From NCBI GenBank assembly GCA_030704615.1, contig JAKLZA010000278.1:1-64000 (forward strand): a DNA stretch of 64,000 nt, in the 5' to 3' direction. This DNA comes from Takakia lepidozioides (taxonomy: Eukaryota > Plantae > Bryophyta). A program made the position numbers and the translations under genes. The notes under the pieces were generated by a model that searched no databases, was not told where the DNA came from, and saw only the letters and a list, made by a program, of their open reading frames with translations. Of the stretch, positions 26,561 through 35,149 are shown piece by piece. Positions within the stretch are counted from its first letter, which is position 1; every line of letters begins with the position of its first letter.

Positions 26561-27526
26561 CCTGCAAGGCTCCTCAAAAAATATCGTCAGTACATCAGAA
26601 TGAGAAGGTGAAACAGGAAAGGAGAAGGGTAGATGGTGTGTACAAAAACCACTAAGTACACTGATCAGATAAAGAGAGGGAAGATATACATGTCATGTCA
26701 AGACATGGACAAGACCACTAAGGTCATTGTCATTGACAGACAAAGCAGCCCTTTACAGGGCACCATCTAACAACCACTTCCATGTTTACCATCTCATTTG
26801 AATATCCCGTTACATTTCAGGGTATCTGAAAAAACAGGGTGGGAGGGTGGGATTCTTGGTCAATCATATTGTGAAAGCACCATAGTTTGACATACAACGA
26901 TCACCACCATACTTGCCGATTGTAACATCATTTCAAAAACCAGATTGCAGGTCTGGAGATAAATCTCGAGAGCCAAGCACATAGTACTTTAAATTGCAAT
27001 TGAAACAGCAAGCCATACATGTCTTAAGCATTTGCCTGTTGACATAATGATTCCTCATTTTTTGTTGACATGGGTCAAGCCTTACATAATCCAGTTCTTG
27101 AGCCATTCATCTTCCTAAAAAGGCATCCTGTGTTGGCTTGAAACCGATCTATCAGTGCCAAGACACATGCAAGATTCGTAAAGTAGAAACGGGGCTGAGT
27201 TTTTTCAGGCATATGCAGGCCTGGATTGGTATTCCGGGGCCTCATAAACAGCTCTGCCAGGGTAAAAAATAAATAACTCAGAATTCCAGGTCAATCATAT
27301 CATGAAAGCACCATGGTTTAATAAAAAAATTCCCCTATACTTGCAGATTGTACCTTCATTTCATAAACCAGATTGCAGGTCTGGAGATAACCTCCAAAAC
27401 CAAGCCCTTCAAGCAACAAGTGTCGTTCTTGCTTAGTTTTATCTAAGTAAGAATATCTCTACACCTAGCAAGGTGTATCATGACCAGGTTTAGGCCATGA
27501 AAAAGTATTTAAAACTGTCATGCTAG

Positions 27527-27531
27527 GCTAC
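27527..27531 (+). other. Left target-site duplication of copy B (GCTAC)
   Basis: GCTAC flanks both ends (also 40926-40930). Uninterrupted units read CTAGGCTACTTGCTGG. Confidence 0.95.
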
Positions 27532-28548
27532 TGTTAGAGGACTGTAGGGGACTTAGACACTTATACGGGATCTGTAGGGTACCCTTAATTTTTGCACAGA
27601 CTGAGACAAACAGGAACCTTAGGGGTGACAGCAGAGCACTGTAGAAGGGGGTTACACAACCCACACAGCCCACACAGCCGTCACAGCCGTCACAGCCCAC
27701 ACAGCCGACACAGCCGACACAGCCCACACAGCCCACACAGCCCACACAGCCCGACACAGCCGTCACAGTCCACACAGCCCACACAGCCGTCACAGCCAAC
27801 ACAGCCCGTCACAGCCGTCACAGCCCACACAGCCCACACAGCCCGTCACAGTCGTCACAGCAGACACAGCCCACACAGCCAGTCACAGCCCGGCATAGCC
27901 ACACAGCCAGTCACAGCCCGACACAGCCAAACACAGCCAGTCACCGCTTGACACAGCTGTCACGATAATAGGGAACGAAGAGTAGGACAGGGAACGACTG
28001 TGGGGAACAACACCAGAAAGGGAACATGTTAGTTCACATACGACGGTTAGAGAGGGAAACGGTTAGAACCGCGGATAGGAGGATAAAGGGAAGAACGGGG
28101 ATTATGATGAGATCATTATTCGGGGAGGACTTGGGAGTCAGGCGGAAGCGGAGATCGGAGAGCACGATGAAGGAGGATTAGTAGATGCTTGTTAGATGCA
28201 AAGCCGTAGGGATATTGTAGAGGAGAATAGAGATACAATGGCTTCGGCCTGATACCTGATAAATCATAATCTGATATTTATACGATACAATCACACTGTG
28301 TAGAGAGATCTGAGTGAAGCTGTGGATTGAATGGAGGAGTGAAGGAAACTAATACGTAATTATCAATGGTAAGGTAGCTAAGATGAATGAGAAAAGGGAA
28401 ACAAATAGGAAACACCCCCATGATACACTAGCTGTAGGTCATGACTGATTGTTCTGCGCGGGCTGAGTACTTAGAGATTTCCAACTCTTCTATCTTGGAG
28501 TTTCCGCCTCGGATAGCGAAGGGATGGGTGAGTAAAAGCCGCGCGACA
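27532..28548 (+). repeat. 5' LTR of copy B (1017 bp)
   Basis: TGTTAGAGG...GCGCGACA; direct repeat of 39908-40925. Confidence 0.97.
27654..27962 (+). repeat. ~10-bp-period CACAGCC minisatellite in the 5' part (U3) of the LTR
   Basis: About 30 iterations of CCCACACAG/CCGTCACAG/CCGACACAG variants; also at 40030-40338, 476-725 and 12876-13100. Confidence 0.92.
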
Positions 28549-29136
28549 TTTGGCGACCATACTGGGGAACTGGGACATGAACAACCAGATGTGACAGGCA
28601 TCTGGTGGGATCATGGTGGTTGGACCATTAAAGAATTTGAAGTGAATCAAATTCCCTGTGAAACGAAGGAAGAAAGATTGTCCAAACAGTTCTTTCAAAG
28701 GTTCTTGGAATTGCCAGACGGATGTAAAGAAAATATTCTTAAACGAGTGCATGATGCTGATCCAGAATGGGGTCTGGAGAAAGGAGTGATAAAGATTTAT
28801 CAGGTAGCCTGTAGAGGAAGAGCACGTTGGTTACCAACATTGGTTTATGTGATAGCATTGCTATCCATTAAACGAGTAGAGTTTGAAGGCTGGGAAGAAA
28901 GAAAGGTGAATGTTTATACTCATATGCATGAAGAGCTTGTACTGGTAAAGAATTGGATTCCAAAGGATATTTTGTGGATCAAACTCACACCAAGAACAGC
29001 TTTTCAGACTTGTTTGCCATATGGTTATATGGTAACGGAGACTTCAAGTATAGCCAAGGGTGCATTGAAGCTTGAAAGAAATCCAGGCATATACGAGAGA
29101 TATTACAGAAGAGAGTTTTGGTTATTGCCACATTAA
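28441..29136 (+). CDS. 5' extra ORF (ORF1, 231 aa), unknown function
   Basis: Open and the same length in B and C (63301-63996), with 2 aa differences. The ATG lies inside the LTR and the ORF ends 22 nt before gag. Confidence 0.6.
   Translation: MTDCSARAEYLEISNSSILEFPPRIAKGWVSKSRATFGDHTGELGHEQPDVTGIWWDHGGWTIKEFEVNQIPCETKEERLSKQFFQRFLELPDGCKENILKRVHDADPEWGLEKGVIKIYQVACRGRARWLPTLVYVIALLSIKRVEFEGWEERKVNVYTHMHEELVLVKNWIPKDILWIKLTPRTAFQTCLPYGYMVTETSSIAKGALKLERNPGIYERYYRREFWLLPH
28551..28568 (+). promoter_or_regulatory. Primer binding site of copy B (probably tRNA-Arg)
   Basis: TGGCGACCATACTGGGGA. TGG complements tRNA CCA, and the sequence resembles the tRNA-Arg-type PBS (TGGCGAC...CTGGGGA) of Ogre elements. 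Confidence 0.8.
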
Positions 29137-29158
29137 AAAGAAATGAAAGACATGGGAC

Positions 29159-32100
29159 ATGAGTGATGAAAGAGAAGCTAGACGACAAAGATATTCATTA
29201 AAAAGGGAAAGCTATCTGAAAGCTAATTATCCATATCTTTGGGAGAGAGGAATAGACATAGGGGAATCATCTGGACCTCTCACACCATCAAGATCAAAAA
29301 GTGCATCACCTATACCGGAAGAACTAGAGTTGGATGCCACTCCTTCTGTTTCTTTGCAAGAAAGATTAAGGGAATTGGTACAGGAAGAAGATCAATCAAG
29401 AGGTGAAAGATCTGAGGTACATCCTTGGATAAAAGATTTGACAGAAATCTTTGATAAAAGTTGGCATGGAACACCAAAAGCAGGAACTCCAGTTTCTGAA
29501 GCAGAAGATGAAGAAGGAGATGAGGATGTGGCAGAGCCAACGGAGAGTTCAGACTCTCCAACACCATTACAGTTGAGTTACATGAGTGAAGAAGAAACCC
29601 AAGGGCAGAACTTGAATGATGAAAACAGAGAGAAGAAATTGGAAGAGGAAGAATATGAAGAAGTAGACCCAACAGCTGAGGTTGAGACTACAACCAGGAC
29701 ATCCCAACCCGTTGGACCTGGATCAAGTGGAGCACTTGGATCACAGGCCAACGAAGGTGTCGGCTCAGGGGGATCAGGCGGGCTGCCTGGATCTGGCTCT
29801 GGGGGGACAGGGAGTGTGGGAAGTAGTGCAACTGAAGCTGGGAATACTGTGAATATCGTGGGGCCAGAAGCAGGGAGTGCTCAAGGGCCACCACTTGGTG
29901 GAAGATCCACCACAAAAACAACAGGTCCAGAAGGACCAGCACCAGCAAGGGTGCCAGCACCTGTCAGTGGGCAGAAGGTAGGGCCACAGATGGCGTTACA
30001 ACCAACACGGGCAAAACCACCCTTTCCAATATATTCAGGAAAAGGGGATCCCGATGTACACATTAGCCAATTTGAGCACATGTGTATAGTGAACAATGAG
30101 AATGGCGATGATGCCAAGATGAGACTGTTTCCTTGTTCACTTATCAAGAAAGCAAGTGAATGGTATGCAAGATTCCCTGATAATCATTTCCTAACCTGGA
30201 ATGGCTTGAATACAGCATTTCGAAATAGGTTCAGGACAAGTAAAACTGAGGATGAAGTGTATGGAAGTTTACAACAGCTGAAGCAGAAGAAGCATGAAAC
30301 TGTTGAAGAGTATATGGAGAAGATGGAATTGATGATGAAAAAGCTGGCTGCAGTACCAGCACCCGGTTTACAGAAGACTTGGTTTGTGAGTGGACTAAGA
30401 CCAGAGTTGCAGAAGAAAGTGGATATGTTACCCCATAATACAGTGGAGGAGGCATTTGAAACTGCGAACAGAATTGAGCAATTGGGAATGCTCAGGAGAG
30501 AGAAAAAGGAAGATGAGGACTCTGAAGATGAGTCAGATGAAGAAGAAGAGCAAGAACTAAAAAGAAAGAGTAAGAGAAAGGAAAAGTTGAAGAGGGATAA
30601 CTATGAGAAAAGATTGGAAGAAATCTTGAAGAAGTATGCCACAGAGGCTGCAACACATTGGAGGAAGGGTGTATGGTGTGCAAAGTGCCAGAATGAAGGC
30701 CATACCACTACAGAATGCCACATGAAGGAGAAACACTGTACTATCTGTAAAATGGATAACCATTCTACTGAGAATTGTTACTACAACAGAAGGACAGCTG
30801 CCAGAGAACCTAGGCAAGTGAGGGTGCATCAGGTGCAACCCCAGCCAAGAAGAAGCAATGATCAGGACCACTATGGTAGGTCTGGTGGTTATAACAATGG
30901 CATGGAAGGAAGAGGTAATTCAAGAGGGAATTACCAAGGAAATTCCAGAGGCAACTATCAGGGTAATCCGAGGGGGAATTACCAGCCCGGGAATCAGGAT
31001 TATAGAAATAATCCAAGACCAGACCAAGGGCGAGGACCCAATGGTGAAGAGCTATGTTACTATTGTAATCAGCCAGGACATCGCAAGGCAGCCTGTTCAT
31101 TCTGGATAAGACACCAGAATGAGATGAGAGCTCCTGTGAATGAGGGCCCAGTGGTGGCAGCTCACATGGTTAGGCCATGTGTTGTACCAGAAGTAAGTAC
31201 AATGATAGTAACAAGAAGTAAAGCTAAACTAATACCTCCAGTAGAAGAGGAAGAAGATGAGACTGGAAGTGGCAATGATATGCCTGAAGATGAAGAGACT
31301 TGGAAGGATGAGAAGGAACTGCACAAGGAAGTGGCAGATACTATAAGGGAAATGCAAAAGAGTACTGATATTCCTGTGGCAGATTCCTCTGATTCGGATG
31401 GAGAAAAAGAGGAGAGTGAGGAAGAAAGGAGAAAAGAAGATGCAGACATGCAAAGTAATGAAGAGACTTTGGCTGAAGTAATATGTCAGACCAAAGCAGA
31501 AATTACCATTGGACAGCTATTAGCTGTGGCACCTTATTGTAGGCACAGGCTGTATCAGGCAATCAATCGAATTGCCCAAGAAACAGGAAACACAGACCTG
31601 AACAGCAAGGTGACCAGTTATAATGTGAAGCCGGAAGGGCGAGAACCAGTCATGGACTTTGATGATTCTATGCCAGTAATCCAATTGAGAATTGGAAGCA
31701 CAGAACTAACTGATGTACTGATAGATGGTGGTTCTGGAGTAAATATCATGACAGACCAATTAAGGAAGAAGCTTGGTCTAAGTAACATGAAACCAGCCCC
31801 ATTTACAGTAACAATGGCAGATCAAAGAAGTGTACAGCCATTGGGATTAATAAGAGGAGTTAAGATACAGATACAGAAAATGATCTTTCTGATCACAGTA
31901 ACTGTATTAAAAATGGATGAAGTCATGGAGGCTTATTCCTTATTATTGGGACGTCCGTGGCTGAAACAGGCCAGGGTATTCCATGACTGGAATTCTCAGT
32001 TACTAACTGTGCATAATGGGATGCACGAGATACAAATTACCACAAAGAAATCTAGTAGATTACCTGCTACAAGAAGACCTCGAGGAGTCAGAGAGTATGA

Positions 32101-35100
32101 CTGGAGGGGAGGACTGGATGAGGAGCAGGAAGCTACCCTATTTGCTGCACACCCAGAGTGGGAGCAAGTTGCAGAGATGCGGCTGGAAAGCCTAAGTTGT
32201 TTGAGAGGTATCTGCTGTGGTGTAGTGACAGCAACACCAACGGAAGAAGAAACCAGCATTTACCCATCACATTTCTATGAAGAAAGAGAAGGAGAAATAG
32301 AAATCCTAGAAGAACCAGCCACTGTGAGCTTACAGGATGAAGTGGTGACTGGTTGGACAATCACAGCTGATGAGCAGGTGAGAGAAGTAAATGTGGGAAC
32401 TCCGGAGGAACCAAGGATGGTGAAAGTAGGAGCTGATTTGGAGCCGGAATTCTTCGAAGAAGCTAAAAGCTTGTTCATCAAATACAGAGATGTATTTGCT
32501 TGGAGCTATGAGGATCTAAAAGGGATACCACCTGAAGTCTGTCAGCATAAAATTGAACTGGAACCAGGGTCAGTGCCAATCAAGCAGGCGAGGTATAGAA
32601 TGAATCCCAACTACGCACAGAAGGTTGGAGAAGAGATAAAGAAGTTGGCTGAGGCTAAGTTTATATACCCAATAGAGTATACAACTTGGTTGTCACCCAT
32701 TGTTATAGTTCCCAAGAAGAATGGCAAACTAAGAGTATGTGTGAACTATAAGAAGCTGAATGCTTGTACGAAGAAAGATCCTTTCCCTTTGCCATTCACA
32801 GAAGCAGTATTAGACACTGTGGCAGGCCATGAGATGTACTCATTCATGGATGGCTTCAGTGGTTATAATCAAGTGCAAGTGGCAGAAGAAGACCAAGGGA
32901 AAACAGCTTTCATCACAGACTGGGGGGCTTATGCATACAAAGTCATGCCCTTTGGACTTTGTAATGCACCAGCGACCTTTCAGAGAGTGATAAGTGAATC
33001 TTTTCAAGAGTATCTGGATGATTTCATGCAGGTGTTTTTGGATGATTTCAGTGTGTACAGCTCTAAGAATGAGCACTTGCATAAATTGGAGTTATGCCTG
33101 GCCAGATGCAGGATGAGAGGTCTGGGCTTGAATCCAGAGAAGTGTACTTTCTGTGTGAACTCAGGGGTGCTTCTGGGACACATTGTGTGTAAGAAGGGAC
33201 TTCTTGTGGATCCCAGGAAGACAGAGTCCATTAAAGTCTCTCCACCACCAGTGAATGTTAAGAGTTTAAGGAGATTCCTTGGGCAAACCAGTTATTACAG
33301 AAGATTTGTCAAAAGGTATGCACAAATAGCAGCACCATTGAGCAAGCTTCTGAAGAAAGATGCAGTGTTTGCATGGACAGCTGAATGTCAACAGGCGTTT
33401 GAGGAACTTACACTGTCAGTAACAACTACACCTGTGCTGATTAACCCTCACTGGCATGTAGTATTTCATGTTCACTGCGATGCATCAGGAGAAGCATTGG
33501 GAGCGGTGTTAGCCCAGAATGTTACAGGGAATATAGATTCACCTGTGTACTATGCTAGCCGGTTGATGAACAGTGCTGAGAGGAACTATAGCACAACGGA
33601 AAGAGAAGCATTGGCAATGATCTATGCAGTGAAGAAATTCAGGCATTACCTATTGGGAAGAAAGTTTATGTTTTATGTGGATCACCAGGCTCTGATATAT
33701 CTGGTGAACAAACCTTTGATAAGTGGAAGGATAGCGAGGTGGTTAATAATCTTGCATGAGTTTGAGTTCGAGGTTATTTACAAGCCTGGCCGTTTGCATC
33801 TTGTGGCAGATCATTTGTCACGACTAACAACAGGAGAGGCCGCCACAGGAGTGGACGATCAGTTACCTGATGCGAGTTTATTTGTAATGGAGGTGCAAGG
33901 AAGTGCAGATGAATGGTTAGATTGGCAGTGGCCAATCAGATACTACCTTGCTCATGGTCAGTGCCCACCTAGTTATGGTAAGGAGCAAAGGAAAAGAATT
34001 GCTATCAGAGCTTTACCTTATACTATGGTAGGAAGCAGAATGTATAAGTTAGGACCTGATGGAGTACTAAAACGATGCTTGTACCACCATGAAGTAAATA
34101 AAGTCTTGGAGGAAGTTCATAAAGGAGTGGCTGGAGGTCATTTTGGAGAAGAGACTACCAGTAGAAAGATACTACTCGCAGGATACTGGTGGCCTACGTT
34201 GTTCAAAGATGTACATGAGTATTGTCAGAAGTGTGATGAATGTCAGAGGCTAGGACCTTTGCAGAGATCTGGAAGAATGGCCTTGCATCCTACAATGCCT
34301 ACGGAACCATTTCAGAAATGGGGACTAGACTTTGTTGGACCAATTAATCCACCATCCAAGAATACACGAAACAGGTACATAATTACAGCCACTGATTATA
34401 CTACAAAGTGGGTGGAAGCTAAAGCTTTGAGGGACAACACAGCCAAGTCCACAGCAAGGTTCCTGTACGAGAACATACTTACACGATTTGGATGTCCCTT
34501 AGAATTTATCAGTGATCAAGGAAGTCACTTCATGAATGAGACCATTGAGTTATTGACTAAAGAGTTTATGATTGTGCATAGAAAGAGTACAACATATTAC
34601 CCACAGGGTAATGGACAGGCAGAGGCTACCAACAAAATACTATGTACTATCTTGGCTAAGATAGTCAATGCAAACAGAACGGATTGGGATACAAAGCTGC
34701 TGACAGCTTTGTGGTCATACAGGACTTCATATAAAGTCACCACTAAGTATACACCATTCCAATTAGTTTATGGTATGGAAGCCTTACTTCCAGTGGAATT
34801 CCTGTTACCTACCATGAGAACAGAGTGGGGAAAAAGAATGGAATTGCAAGACTCCATCAAGGTCAGGAAACATGAATTATACCATGTGGAAGAAGTACGT
34901 GCTGATGCAGCTGATAATATGACCAGAATTCAGATGAAGCGAAAGGAACAGTTTGATAAAGGCAAATTAAAGACTTTTAAGACGGGGGATTTGGTTTATG
35001 GTTGCAGAAGAAAGGAAAGATTCAAGCTTCTAAGCTTAAATCACCATGGAAAGGACCTTATGTCATACAAAAGATGTATGATAACAACACAGCCATGTTA

Positions 35101-35149
35101 CAAACCATTAACAAGGAAATGCTGGGAAGAGTCAATGCAAATAAGTTGA
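29159..35149 (+). CDS. gag-pol: Gag-Pol polyprotein (Gag with three CCHC knuckles, aspartic protease, RT, RNase H, integrase)
   Basis: CAKCQNEGHTTTEC, CTICKMDNHSTENC, CYYCNQPGHRKAAC; LIDGGSG (~31724); MPFGLCNAPATFQR and VFLDDF (~33041); HCDASG, EREALA, DHQAL, ADHLSR; H..H..CDEC, GLDF, SDQG, QAE. The true C-terminus continues in the next ORF after a 1-bp deletion at ~34997. Confidence 0.97.
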   Translation: MSDEREARRQRYSLKRESYLKANYPYLWERGIDIGESSGPLTPSRSKSASPIPEELELDATPSVSLQERLRELVQEEDQSRGERSEVHPWIKDLTEIFDKSWHGTPKAGTPVSEAEDEEGDEDVAEPTESSDSPTPLQLSYMSEEETQGQNLNDENREKKLEEEEYEEVDPTAEVETTTRTSQPVGPGSSGALGSQANEGVGSGGSGGLPGSGSGGTGSVGSSATEAGNTVNIVGPEAGSAQGPPLGGRSTTKTTGPEGPAPARVPAPVSGQKVGPQMALQPTRAKPPFPIYSGKGDPDVHISQFEHMCIVNNENGDDAKMRLFPCSLIKKASEWYARFPDNHFLTWNGLNTAFRNRFRTSKTEDEVYGSLQQLKQKKHETVEEYMEKMELMMKKLAAVPAPGLQKTWFVSGLRPELQKKVDMLPHNTVEEAFETANRIEQLGMLRREKKEDEDSEDESDEEEEQELKRKSKRKEKLKRDNYEKRLEEILKKYATEAATHWRKGVWCAKCQNEGHTTTECHMKEKHCTICKMDNHSTENCYYNRRTAAREPRQVRVHQVQPQPRRSNDQDHYGRSGGYNNGMEGRGNSRGNYQGNSRGNYQGNPRGNYQPGNQDYRNNPRPDQGRGPNGEELCYYCNQPGHRKAACSFWIRHQNEMRAPVNEGPVVAAHMVRPCVVPEVSTMIVTRSKAKLIPPVEEEEDETGSGNDMPEDEETWKDEKELHKEVADTIREMQKSTDIPVADSSDSDGEKEESEEERRKEDADMQSNEETLAEVICQTKAEITIGQLLAVAPYCRHRLYQAINRIAQETGNTDLNSKVTSYNVKPEGREPVMDFDDSMPVIQLRIGSTELTDVLIDGGSGVNIMTDQLRKKLGLSNMKPAPFTVTMADQRSVQPLGLIRGVKIQIQKMIFLITVTVLKMDEVMEAYSLLLGRPWLKQARVFHDWNSQLLTVHNGMHEIQITTKKSSRLPATRRPRGVREYDWRGGLDEEQEATLFAAHPEWEQVAEMRLESLSCLRGICCGVVTATPTEEETSIYPSHFYEEREGEIEILEEPATVSLQDEVVTGWTITADEQVREVNVGTPEEPRMVKVGADLEPEFFEEAKSLFIKYRDVFAWSYEDLKGIPPEVCQHKIELEPGSVPIKQARYRMNPNYAQKVGEEIKKLAEAKFIYPIEYTTWLSPIVIVPKKNGKLRVCVNYKKLNACTKKDPFPLPFTEAVLDTVAGHEMYSFMDGFSGYNQVQVAEEDQGKTAFITDWGAYAYKVMPFGLCNAPATFQRVISESFQEYLDDFMQVFLDDFSVYSSKNEHLHKLELCLARCRMRGLGLNPEKCTFCVNSGVLLGHIVCKKGLLVDPRKTESIKVSPPPVNVKSLRRFLGQTSYYRRFVKRYAQIAAPLSKLLKKDAVFAWTAECQQAFEELTLSVTTTPVLINPHWHVVFHVHCDASGEALGAVLAQNVTGNIDSPVYYASRLMNSAERNYSTTEREALAMIYAVKKFRHYLLGRKFMFYVDHQALIYLVNKPLISGRIARWLIILHEFEFEVIYKPGRLHLVADHLSRLTTGEAATGVDDQLPDASLFVMEVQGSADEWLDWQWPIRYYLAHGQCPPSYGKEQRKRIAIRALPYTMVGSRMYKLGPDGVLKRCLYHHEVNKVLEEVHKGVAGGHFGEETTSRKILLAGYWWPTLFKDVHEYCQKCDECQRLGPLQRSGRMALHPTMPTEPFQKWGLDFVGPINPPSKNTRNRYIITATDYTTKWVEAKALRDNTAKSTARFLYENILTRFGCPLEFISDQGSHFMNETIELLTKEFMIVHRKSTTYYPQGNGQAEATNKILCTILAKIVNANRTDWDTKLLTALWSYRTSYKVTTKYTPFQLVYGMEALLPVEFLLPTMRTEWGKRMELQDSIKVRKHELYHVEEVRADAADNMTRIQMKRKEQFDKGKLKTFKTGDLVYGCRRKERFKLLSLNHHGKDLMSYKRCMITTQPCYKPLTRKCWEESMQIS

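Larger units (their letters stand above)
13231..27531. repeat. Tandem array of ~3.7 kb complex unit, left block (about 4 units, one with a ~0.94 kb deletion)
   Basis: Anchor ACATAATCCAGTTCTTG at 13231, 19686, 23380, 27084. Hairpin anchor CCTTACGGAGTGAG at 15581, 18348, 22040, 25746. The same short ORFs recur in each unit. Confidence 0.97.

Noticed and set aside
23818-26611. Recurring 60-120 aa ORFs in the tandem unit
   Set aside because: They recur only because units are near-identical. They show no recognisable domains, often have non-ATG starts, and indels shift them freely.
13231-27531. Tandem unit as an rDNA, 5S, snRNA, tRNA or hammerhead-ribozyme (retrozyme) array
   Set aside because: I found no conserved 5S/rRNA/snRNA/tRNA signature and no CTGANGA...GAAA core by eye. 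An Infernal/Rfam scan would be needed to exclude this fully.
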